From NCBI RefSeq assembly GCF_000150275.1, contig NW_002060944.1:5989102-6053101 (forward strand): a DNA stretch of 64,000 nucleotides, written 5' to 3'. The notes beneath the pieces are model-generated. The model did no database searches. It saw only the letters and a program-made list of their open reading frames with translations, and was not told where the DNA came from. Both the position numbers and the translations under genes were made by a program. This document shows, piece by piece, positions 33,565-51,936 of this stretch (within the stretch, counting starts at the first letter, position 1; each line of letters starts with the position of its first letter). The DNA comes from Trichoplax adhaerens. Taxonomy: Eukaryota > Animalia > Placozoa.

Positions 33565-34735
33565 TCCTAGTTATAGCGGAAGAAGCAAAACGAATTCTCG
33601 CAGAAAAAAGATAAAGAAATTCTATGTCCAAACTACGGAAGTCACCCTTTCGTATTAACTAGGAGGCCAAGAAAAATTAATTGAAACTCCAACGGTAGAG
33701 CTGCATTTTCGTGATAAATAGATGGCAACTGCATATTGAGTAAGTTTCTACTTTTCAGCGATCTGAAGTGGGCATAGTTCCTAATCATGGCGAAGGAAAC
33801 AAAACGAATTGTCTCGGAAAAAAAAAAACTGAAAAATTTATCATGTCCAAACTATGCAGGTCACCCTTTTGCATTGACTAGACTAGACGCCAAGAAAAAG
33901 TAGTAGAAAACTGCCAATGGTAGAGCCGCATTTTCATGATTAAGTAGTAGGCAATTGTACATTGAGTGAATTTCTATTTTTTCAGCGATCTGAAGCGGTC
34001 ATAAATCCTAATGATAGTGAAGGAAGCAAAGGAATTTTCTCGAACAAGACAGAAAAAATTCTATGTCCAAACGAGGCAAGTCACCCTTTTGCGCTAACTA
34101 GACGCCAAGAAAAGTAGTTGAAACTGCCAAACGGTAAAGCTGCATTTTCATGATTGTTTAAACACGAGGCAACTGTGTATTGAGTGAATTTCTACTTTTC
34201 AACGCTCTGAAGTGGTTGCAGTTCCTAGTCATAACGAATAGAGAAAAAGGAATTTTCTCGAACAAGATAAAAAAATGTCCAAACTGCGTAAGTCACCCTT
34301 TTGCTGTAACTAGACGCCAAGAAAAAGTAGTTGAGAAACTGCCAATGGTAAAAGCTGCAATTTCATGATAAAACATAAGGCAACTGTGTATTGAATGAAA
34401 TTCTACTTTTCAACGCTCTGAAGCGGTCGCAGTTCCTAGTCATGGTGAATGAAGAAAAGGAATTTTCTCGAACAAGACAGAAAACATTTCCAAACTACGC
34501 AAGTCACCCTTTTGCGTTAACTAGGCACCAAGAGAAAGTAGTTGCAACTGCCAAGGGCAGAGGAGAATTTTCATGATTAAACACAAGGCAACTGTCTATC
34601 GACTTTTTTCTACTTTTCAACGATTTGAAGCGGTCACCGTTCCTAATCATAGCGAAGGAATGGAAAGGAATTTTTCTCGAAAAACACAAAAAAAATTACG
34701 TCCAAAGTACGGAAATCGATTCAATGTCACCCCCA
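33565..34735. repeat. Diverged tandem array, ~211-223 bp unit, about 5.5 copies
   Basis: GTCACCC anchor at 33641, 33860, 34080, 34292, 34503 and about 34726. Shared blocks: TGTCCAAACT, ACTAGACGCCAAGAAAA, GGCAACTG, TTCTACTTTTCA, TCTGAAGCGGTC. Confidence 0.92.
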
Positions 34736-35645
34736 AAATTCGCAACAACGGTATGACGAGAACGAGATTACTTGAAATCCAATAATAAACTCGAGGTTCA
34801 CATTTTCTTTCTACTTGTATGTCATAATTTGAAATTCAACGAGTGCAAACCTATGCAGTGAAGAGAAAAAAAAATACGGCCACAAGAACAACTTGACGTT
34901 CAGACAGCGCTTTGCCTTCGCGAAAAAATTGTCCGAAGAGAGTTGTTTACGCCAAGGTTTATATAGCCTTCCGGCCACAGTCCTACTTCTTGTACTGTAC
35001 ACTGTAGCAGGTTTTCTTTCTTTCTTTATCCAGTACAGTACAGTACAAAAATAAAAAGAATGAAACGTTATGAACGTCACTAGGCAAAAATGATACCAAA
35101 AATAGTGACCAAGTGTTACAGTGCACTGTGGAAAACAATCGTTAGTGCTAAAAATATACTGTACAGTACCCGGTACAGTACTAGTCCTATGGTAATTAGT
35201 CACGACTGTTCTATATAAACTAGTAAAACTGGTATGGTACGGCGGTATCGTATCGTACCATTGTATCGAACTAAGTCTTGCGTGTCCGGCTCTACGCTGA
35301 CATACATAGCGGGGTGAAGTTTCAAACGTTACGCTCTTGCTGCACGTCGGTAACTAAAATACGTTACTACGAAAACACTCATCAATAGGGTTGTAACTAT
35401 AACTACTGTACTGCACCATGTAACATGATGCATCTGAGTAGCCAATCATAAACGAGCGCTAAGCTATTATTACAAAGGTTTCCCTACAACGGGTTGAGGC
35501 AATATGCTGACGTTCATAAAACGTGCTACAAATGTACACCCCAGGTGTAAGCGACGTTCGACAAACGTTTATTTCACGATTACGTAAGTACAGTACAGTA
35601 GAATACTGTACAGTACTATACTGTACTGTACTGTACAGTATGTCA

Positions 35646-36480
35646 GCGACGATTAGTTTTGGATTTTGCCATGGACTTCTAGAAATTAGACCAGTCAATC
35701 GGGATTGCCCGATTGAATTTTCTAGTACAGTAGTCCATAACAAAACCCCAAATTCATTGCTAGTAGTTTATGGTTTTGCGAACTAAAGCTGATGTTATTC
35801 ATACTGTACTGTATATACTGTATGTATATGTCATATATGTATACTGTACAGTATATATTATTATTAGTATACTGCACTGTTATACAGGATATATTATTGG
35901 CTAAGACGTGACTTCATTTACTCTTGTACAACTATATGTCTACGACTATTAGTTTTGGATTTTGCCATGGACTTCTAGAAATTAGACCAGTCAATCGGGA
36001 TTGCCCAATTGAATGTTCTAGTACTGTAGTCCATGACAAAACTCCAAATTCATTGCTAGTAGTTTATGGTTTTGCAAACTAAAGCTGATGTTATTCATAC
36101 TGTACTGTACTGTATATATGTACAGTATATGTCATATATGTATACTGTATAGTACAGTATATATTATTGGCTAAGACGTGACTTCATTTACTCTTGTACA
36201 ACTATATGTCTACGACTATTAATTTTGGATTTTGCCATGGACTACTAGAAATTAGACCAGTCAATCGGGATTGCCTGATTGAATGTTCTAGCACTGTAGT
36301 CCATGACAAAACTCCAAATTCATTGCTAGTAGTTTATGGTTTTGCGAACTAAAGCTGATGTTATTCATACTGTATATACTATATGTATACAGTATGTCAT
36401 ATATGTATACTGTACAGTATATATTATGGGTATACTGTATATAGGATATATTATTGGCTAAGACGTGACTTCATTTGCTC
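35646..36480. repeat. Three tandem copies (296/270 bp period) of a unit containing a ~95-bp imperfect palindrome (MITE-like)
   Basis: TTTTGGATTTTGCCATGGAC at 35657, 35953 and 36223; central TCAATCGGG-ATTG-CCCGATTGA. Confidence 0.92.
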
Positions 36481-38672
36481 TTATTTGTCCACGGGGCAAA
36501 TTAGTCATACCCATTATGTAATAATAGTTTTTGATTACTACACTAAGGCAGTGTTGGCAATGACGTTATAGAGCATCTTAATTTTAACACGTTTAACGCA
36601 GTCATCGATTATTACAATCTTACGTATCCAAATTTTTTTGTCTACTACAGTACTAGAAGACTAAATAGCATTCACACCAGAAAGAAAATAGAACAGGAAA
36701 CTACTCATTAAAAAGACTCTAAATTGGATAAAACAGGAAAATATAGTGGCATATCGTAATTTTCCCTTGGATTTAATTGAATTGATTGCGGCCATGACTG
36801 TACTTGTATTGTAGTAATACTGTACCGAATGTAAAGTAAAAAGTGCAAGGACGGTATAGAGCCCGGGCTCCATCATGGACTACTGTACTGTTTCTGATAA
36901 CAACAATGATGTATATGACACACTGTATACACTGTACTGTATAATTATTGGATGGAGCTTTTTTATCTAATACTGCGCAAGACTATAACATCCACCGGAA
37001 AAGAAATTAGACAGGAAACTCCTTGCTAAAAGGACTACTAAATTAATTTATTACAACCATGATGTATACTGTACATCAGCTTCAGTCATAAATAGCTATA
37101 ATACATCTGGAAGACTATTGAAATGTAAAATAGCTAGGCCGGTACTGTACTGTATAGTAATATTAGTAAGCAATGACCAGGAGCAGGGACTACGGTAAAA
37201 AAGAAAAACGAAAGCAGCTAAGCGGTCGTTGACTACATTAATAATTGGGAGGCTAATTATTTTACTACTCATTTCCAGCTATATCATATATCCGAAATGG
37301 CACACTATACTGTCCAACAATTGACATCCAAAATTAGTTGCTATACACGGGCGATTTCATTGACACCGTTTAGTAGAATGACCAGGAAAATGACCAGCCT
37401 TTCAATACAGTATTATTTTGCACTGATGGCCGTTGGCTGTCTCGTTTCTTTTCTTTACGGTAGTGCCTGCCAGAAGCAACCTTCAACAGTAATCATTTAA
37501 TGATCCTGATTAGGGACTACTGTAGTACCTGTCCTGGCGCATCGCAGTCTACGGCAATATAATTATTATTTCCTCTTTATATGATGGCCCAGCTGTACAC
37601 AATAGTACTACTGTCTTAATAAACTTTCACTACCCTATGCAGTACAGTAAATAACACTATTGCAATCTATCTTCGAAGACTCATTGGTAGTGCAAGACGA
37701 ATATACATGAATCATGCTACTGTACTATTCTCAATAATACACCTGCCATACAGCTATCGTCACCATAATACACTATACTTTTACATCAAAATTGGTCTAA
37801 TATTTTAGGTATCATAGTTTCAATTTATTTGACTGTAGTCATCTTCACAAAATTGAATTCACATGAGTATCGGTTGAGATTTTAATAAGTTATTTAAAAT
37901 ATCTTAATTAAATCTAAAACAACCAATACTGACTGACATAGTTCAATATGCTCGTACAATGACTTTTTTCTTTTACCTGTACCTTGATCATTAAAGCTTG
38001 CTACGTTGTATAACAACATTGTATGAGTATCTACTATATTATTATATAATACGAATAAAAATATTCGCAAATTGCATTCATCTTAGATATTTCAAGATTG
38101 ACAGTATATACCGAACAAGTTGATGTTGCGATAAATTATATAAAATAATTAATGCTGACCACCATCTCTTGTCATCAAGCAATATTTCATTCACTTATGG
38201 TAAATGAGCCATTTTTCAATGCATATGATATCAATTTGGCCAGTTACCTGCATCTACTAAATAATGCATGTACCAATCAATCTACACAATTCACGAATAA
38301 TTAATTAAACGCTAGATGATGTCAGATTTCACTTGAACGCAGTAAGTAATACTGCAGCTTGAGATACCACGAATATCCACGGGTCTACTAAATAATGTAT
38401 ATCATGTAGCAGCTATCAGGGTAAGCATCCCATAGTTCAAGTCAAATATAATGTCAAATATTTTAGTTTAGCATAGCAAAGTCTTGCAATATGGAAATAT
38501 TTTTGTAATATTTCTATTCGCGTATACTTTAATACGGCATTATAAGAGGTATATTTATATGTATTGTTTTAAACATTCATTAAAAGTTGTTAATTATAAT
38601 TATGAAGCCTGTTTAGCCACTACTTCAACCGTTACCAATCACATCGTCTTATCAACCCAATGCCTAAGATAA

Positions 38673-39575
38673 TCATTTACGAGCATCTTTCAAATAAGAA
38701 TAACAAACTCCAACCATGATAGCCCCAACAGTCACTCCTTGGGCTAGAACTCGAAACTTTAATATATATCGGGAAAGGTTCATTCCAGCAGGCCTATTCT
38801 TATACTGATGAATTCCATAAGCGACAGCACCAAAAGTTCCGAGCATCCCTAATTTAAAAATTTGTTCAATCACGTTCAATCTAGGATTATGAAATGTAGA
38901 TGATAGCATTTATGTAGCAAAGTTTGGTAGTGTACATCCTGAATATGCCTACAGTATATGAAGGTTATTGGCAACTTGATGGCTACGTTACAGTCCATGT
39001 CTGTATACGAGTGCACGTATAAGTATCATGCTTGACTGTGCCTTATGTACTGTACAGTATAGTGTGCAGCTGACATTACTGTATTAGCAAGATCATGCAC
39101 TAATTTAACCATAATAAACGACCTCTATTTCTTAATCTCTGCTAAGCTGGTAATACATTTCATTTATCAATACTGCCTATGCGCTGAATTATTGCATGTC
39201 AAGATCTGAAAGATTCGAACGTGAATCAATTCAATTTGACCTATGTAGTAATTTAATTATCATTCTAAATTATTAATGCTATCCATTTTTCAATTTATAC
39301 TAAGCTGGTAACGCCGTATATTTCATTTATCAACATTGGCTATATCGCGTATTACTACTGCACATCAAGTAAGGATAAATTTTACCAATTCAAGGATAGC
39401 GAAGCGATGGATCACCATAGCTACGCTAAACCGGCATTACACAAGGCTAGGGAAACTCACCGAGAGGCACGAAAGGTTCATCCAGGAATTTCTTTTTCAA
39501 TTTATTCTCACTAACGTCATCGTCTGGTCTCCATTGTGGCTTTTTAAAAGAATTAGTAGAATCACTGATAGGCAT
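38673..39575 (-). CDS. HIG1 domain family protein (HIGD1/HIGD2-like), 2 exons: 39575-39461, 38848-38673
   Basis: MPISD..KLKKKFLDEPFVPL|GMLGTFGAVAYGIHQYK..LSRYILKFRVLAQGVTVGAI matches the HIG_1_N pattern (PFVP.G...RV.AQG.V). Confidence 0.88.
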
Positions 39576-39977
39576 TCTTGATGAATTTTATCGACAGCTA
39601 CTGTTTCCAATCGTTTACAGCGGATTTAAAGGTTTGAAGGAAGCTACGGTCAAAGTCAGTTATGTTCGTCCCTATAATAAATGACGATCACAACGTTGTC
39701 GCACAAGTCTCACACTGGCCCTTCAGTTCAAGTACACCGGCAATAATACAACTGTACTGAGTGCTAACCGTCAGTGACCCTATGGCACGGTCACTCGGGC
39801 TGCGTCACGTACGTATTCGGTTCACGGTTATGACTGACACAGTGTACAGTACAGGACTGTACACTTAGTGTATTTCCTATGCCAGTCGCTGCAGAACCGA
39901 ACCACGACCATGTGCATATATGCAGCATGATGCAATCCAAGTTCATGCGGGTTCATTCAACCAATATCCGTACGTAC

Positions 39978-40210
39978 AGGCATCTGTAACCTAAGCGATG
40001 CAAACCAACTTGGCATGCGCATTGACATTCTATTTCCCCGAACAGGGCATCTGTAACCTACTGTATATTGTATAAGCGATGCAAGCCAGGAGCAAACCAA
40101 CTTAGCATGCGCATTGACATTCTATTTGCCCGTACTGGGCATCTGTAATCTAAGCGATGCAAGCCAGGAGCAATCCAAGTTAGCATGCGCATTGACTTTC
40201 TATTTCCCTC
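39978..40210 (+). promoter_or_regulatory. Triplicated promoter module with GCATGCGCA (NRF1-like) sites, ending in a pyrimidine TCT/5'TOP-like initiator for RPL23
   Basis: GCATCTGTAA..AAGCGATGCAA..CCAA..GCATGCGCATTGAC..TCTATTT occurs three times. Motifs at 40013, 40105 and 40183; TTTCCCTCTTT about 30 nt before the ATG. Confidence 0.7.
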
Positions 40211-40240
40211 TTTGGATTTTTTAGACACGGTCAAGCAAAC

Positions 40241-41603
40241 ATGTCGAAGAGAGGTAAGTTATCCAACTATATTCATCGTGTATCGTCTCCATCCTTAAAC
40301 CTTTCAACCATTTAACCTATTAGATAGCGATATTAAGACTTAATTTTATCATCTATTCTTTAATTTATTCTTTTACGTCAATTTAAATCATTTTAAATGC
40401 CAGTATATTTCTCGGTCTTATCCATGTGAATTCACAGACGCCATGACAGTAATAGTTTACCGTATACAATACAATACAGTAGGCTGTACATGGGATTATG
40501 GCAAATGGCGTGGCGTAAAAGGCGATCAAGATGGCAATTTTCATCTATTCTATTGCAGTATTCTCGACATGTACGGTGTATTTTTGCGTAAAATGATCAA
40601 TTACTACCATACGACAGAAAAATGCAATAGTGAAAAATAGTGACAAACATGGCCTAGGCATTGGTGTTAAGATAGACCCACAAATCAATGATGATGATAG
40701 TGCGGAAGCTTGTGCAGCGAGGCCACAATGAACTGCCTAGTTTAGTCTAATATCCGTTTCATTCATACTGTAGATGAATCTCGACAATACTTGAAAGTAT
40801 AAAAACTCCAATGCATCACTATTACATAAGTTGCAATCATCTTGGGTAAGATAACATTATTACTGTTGATGCTCAATCTTTTCAATATTTTCACTCTAAA
40901 TAGGTAGGGGTGGTTCGTCCGGTTCGAAATTTCGTATCTCCCTTGCTCTGCCAGTTGGTGCAGTAATGAACTGCGCGGACAACACTGGAGCCAAAAATTT
41001 GTATGTCATTTCCGTCAAAGGAATCAAAGGTAGATTGAATCGTATGCCATCAGCAGGTATCGGCGATCTTGTATTAGCAACAGTCAAAAAGGGAAAGCCT
41101 GAATTACGTAAAAAAGGTTAGTGACAAGATGAAAACGATGTTGTACGCAAGCATTGATAGAATAGAATGATCGATTGAATGATCGTTCTCTTTTTCACCA
41201 CTTTAATCTTGCTATGTTAAATTAGTAATGCCAGCGGTGGTTGTGCGGCAGCGGAAACCGTATAGAAGAAAGGATGGAGTTTTCATATACTTCGAAGGTA
41301 ATACGCAACTCCAATTGATGTTTCCTGAGATCTTATTATAATTCTATGACATCTATCGAATTCTATAGATAACGCAGGAGTGATAGTAAATAATAAAGGT
41401 GAAATGAAAGGTAAGCACTACTAATCTTTACAATTTCCTATGAAGAAGTGAACGGACTCGATATATGTGTTTATTATGGATTATACTTTCTTAAGGTATC
41501 ATTTTGTATTTCATGAACAGGTTCAGCCATCACTGGCCCAGTTGCTAAAGAATGTGCTGATCTATGGCCAAGAATTGCTTCCAACTCAGGCAGTATTGCT
41601 TAA
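40241..41603 (+). CDS. RPL23: 60S ribosomal protein L23 (uL14), 5 exons
   Basis: MSKR|[46 protein letters not shown]|[24 protein letters not shown]|[14 protein letters not shown]|[27 protein letters not shown]. Confidence 0.97.
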
Positions 41604-42981
41604 CTGCAAGATAACTTGTTGTAATTACAGTCTAAACTTGTAATAAAAATCTTTACATATCGACAGCAAACTGAGCGAATTTGAAATTTTGTCGTATCAT
41701 TTCTTCCGTTGCGGTTGCTTGATTAAATAAGAATGGTCGAGTCTGACTTATGATCTTCCATTGAACATAATGGATACAGAGCATAAGACTTTATTTTTAA
41801 TGTATTATATAGGCATATTACTGGCAGTAATTGAATCGATGCCTATTTACAACGCTTGGAAACTAATTCACCTGTGACTAATTAATTATAAGGTCTATCA
41901 AATATTTATCAGTTATCGTTCGGTAAGAAATACTGTATCATGAGTTGCATATCAAAAAAAGTTACCTGATCGCTTTGTCCGCCTCACTTTCTAAGCACAT
42001 TTACCTCTGGAAATGTGCTAACTTAGTTTTTGCTACCTCAGAGCTTCGTAAGGGGTAACTATGGTTTTTTCTTGAGTTAGGGTTAGGGATACGAATTTTA
42101 TCTTTCGTAGTCCCTGATACTGTATGTACGTATGTCTATAGACCACTAGAAATTACTACTGCAGTAGTTTCTAGTAGTTTATGGTATGTCCTTGATAGGA
42201 ACTATAAATCCAGTGTTTTACAAAATTTCAATTCAGCATGAAATTTTAGTAAAAGTCTCCCCACAACCCATAGACTAAGCTATTTACATTCATAAGCGTA
42301 TCCAAAATGGAGCCTACACACCTCAAAGTGCATCTCGAATTTTGTTGGCTATACAGTACCGTAGTTGTAATGAATGCAGTTTACTGTAGATGCACCAACA
42401 TCATTTTAAGCAATGCTGGTACAAAATGCGCTCGCTGTAATTGGAGTCTAGTTAGTCACTGTTAACATCATGACAGTTCTTCATCAATGACTATGATGAG
42501 AAGATATGTCTTTAACCCGATTTCCAAGCACTATCCAGTACATCTTATACATCAAAAACTTTTAACGACTGTGATACACATTTTAAAATTTAATTGTGTA
42601 TGATTTTATTCTAAAAGAGAACCTTAAGAAATTTCTGAACAACACTTGAGTGATATACCATATGAAATTGCGATTGTCAATACTGCTAAGCTTTATTGCA
42701 ATTACGAGTATTTTTAATTGATAGCATTCATTCGTCAAATATTAGAGCTTATAACGAAATCAAACATCGATATCTTTGATCCAGCAATCATAGCTATAGC
42801 CTGCTGAGTCACATTATATCTTTAAGCTAGCTAAGTAAACTCACTACTGACTCATTTACGTATGGCCTTTTAAAATAAATTAAAATACGACTATTTCACT
42901 AGCATCACAGTTAATGACTACGCAGTTTTGATGCTATTAACTCTATGCTGCCAGAAATTGCATGCTTGACTAAATTCAAGT

Positions 42982-49190
<6,209 letters not shown>

Positions 49191-51936
49191 TTTGTAATTT
49201 TGAGCTTCTTTATCGACAGAAACGGATTGGACTAATTCTCGACAGAATGGGTATAACTATTCTAAGATGAAAATGTCAGTATTGTAAGTGTCTATGAATG
49301 GAGTAAGATAGTATTTAATACAAAATTTAATCGATAATATTGATTTCTTATCACATGATTGCTGCATGTGTATGACATATGGTGTTTTGATGCAATATGG
49401 TATAGCACATTTTCTATTATGGATATTTGAGCGTATGTCGCATATCCCCTTTTGGAATACCCGACTGTATATGATACATCTATGATTCATTCGCTATGAT
49501 TTCATGGTTGATTACCAATAAGAAACGATTGAAGATGAGATATTAATTAATGCCAACTTTAATGTTGCAACAATTTTTAATAGCATCTTCTCAACAAGTA
49601 TACTACTGTATAATTAAGCCTAATAAATATTTATAATAAATGGTGAAATAATATGCTGTAGATGTATCATAGCCATATTGTAATCCTATGGTAACGGTGG
49701 ATCATAGGATGTTATTGACATAAATACGTATTAATTACAATTAGCAGCGATTTTCTACTAAGAGTATTAATACTGTATCTTAATTACACAGACAGCAAAA
49801 TTGTTACTAACTGATATTTAGATCAAAATAGAAATATACATGTAAATGGTATAGGAACATAGTCAGTGATTTTCAGTGAAATTCATGTTGTGATGGACGT
49901 GGCTCTTATCGGCTATAGTGTTATGTTGACACAGTAATATATTCCTGATCAGGATAGGAATAGTTTTATTTTTTATTCTGCTATTCAATTCTCAATATCC
50001 AGATTGCAGGTGCTCTGGAGTATGTGATTTTAATAAGGAGCTTGACGATGGTAAAGGCGGACGGTCTTCTAAGGTTGTTGTAATTATAATTATCACTTCG
50101 CGAATAATTAATAATAGATAACTCGAATAACTAGATTCCGTCCCAATATGCAATCATACGTGTATGTACGTCCTTCTTCTTTAATTTCAATGATTACATT
50201 ACTCTCATATTATAATATCCATTAATAACAGGCTTATTGAATAAGTGCTTAAAAGGTATCATTATAGTAGTTACTCGTATACTTTCGATCAATCATTCAG
50301 GTTTTCTGCTGTTGCGGAGTAACAGCTTTACATATTTACGTATAGGTATTTCATGGGATAAGTTTAATAAGGGGAAGGAGAGGGAATACGCTTATCTTTT
50401 ATATTTTTCGAGGTTATCAGAATATATCCCACTCATGGATTTTGTTCATGGATAAGTTACGGTCTAACTTAAGAGCATGTCATACAATTTTATTATGCAG
50501 TACATGATAATTTCATGATCTGACATCCGCCTAAAACTAAACAAGAAATGGTACTGTCATATTACAATCATGAGCTATTGAGCGATGTCAAGTTATAATC
50601 TTTCTTGGCTACTTGTGATTTCTGGAAGTACATTAGCCGATATATTGCATTACAGCCTGAATGAAGAGTATAACGCGTAATATTACTTAATTAATGCATA
50701 TATTACATGCATCGTTATTGTTCATCAGCGGATACTGTTACTGCTCTACTCGTAAAAGTTAAGATCCGCTTGCTATTATTGTGGTAAGGTGTCTTTATTG
50801 CGCAAAATGTGTAATTTGCAGAGCTAGTGCTGCGATGATACATTCAATGACTTACAACTGTAATTATGTAATAATAATAATATTATTAGTGATTGATTGC
50901 TTTATACTTGTATATATACGGTGTGGTATAATACGTAGCATTAAGTTTTCTTGAATGACTCTAGCAGATATAATAAAAATGGTTCATCGTCAGAAATAAT
51001 CTTTAAATAACAAAGCAGTCTAAAAGAGTATAGGTTACTTAAAAAAAAGGGCAACAAATCGCTGTGTAACTTTTCTATATCCGATGAAAGCGAAATCATA
51101 TGTAACAACGGATCATGCCTAAAAAATGCAATCTATGAGCATGTGGTAAGGTTATTGCTTCTTAGTTATTCTGATGTTGCTTTTGCCAATCCAGGAAACA
51201 GTAAAAATCATGTGCAACACTGGATGATGATGATATTCTAGAATTGTTGTAACTGACAAATGTAGTATAGGAGAACGAAATAAGGCAATTTACTATCTCT
51301 CGATTCTAATTACAAGCACTTGGTTCAGTAAATCTTTAATTTCGACTCTTCGAATGTTAATGCAGTACTAAAAATCACGTACGAATTATAATTTATTAAT
51401 TCATAAACAGAACTTTATTTTTGGTTCAGATAAATTGCTCTTATTCTATATAATTTTACAATACGAAAGCAACACGGACTTGCAAGGTACAGTTTAACCT
51501 ATTTGTAGGGACTCTACTGTGTATCTCCGTGATTAATTCATTAATCAGATTGGATTGCCAGGATATTACAGTTACGACGGATATTAAAGCATCTTTAAAA
51601 TAAAAATGACCAGGAAAATTTATCAATATGCATTACGTATAAAACAACTCTCGGTTTCAATCGTGACTTATCCGAACTGTTATAAGTAATAAAAATAGTA
51701 AACTACTTAATGTCTGCATTATCCATGTTAGAAGATCCAAAATTATACATACATTAATTTTTCTCGAATATCCTTCTTATATGAATATTAATACAGTAGA
51801 ATAAAGTAGCTTCATCAATAGGGTCTCGGAGAGCCTTAACTAAAAATTAAGAATTTTAGTCAATAGCAAGGTGTTATGCAGCTTCAGTGTTTTCAGTGTG
51901 ACAATATCAAAGCGAAATTGACATTTTGTGTTCAAT

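Noticed and set aside
34180-34785. Repeated short ORFs in the 215-bp array suggesting a peptide-gene cluster
   Set aside because: They mostly use non-ATG starts, and indels between units break the frame.
35284-35360. GGGGTGAAGTTTCAAACGTTAC resembles the tRNA-Sec anticodon arm (TCA)
   Set aside because: No T-arm (GTTCRA), no acceptor-stem complement, and a mismatched anticodon stem.
42076-42088. TTAGGGTTAGGG telomere-like sequence
   Set aside because: Only two units; too short to call an interstitial telomere.
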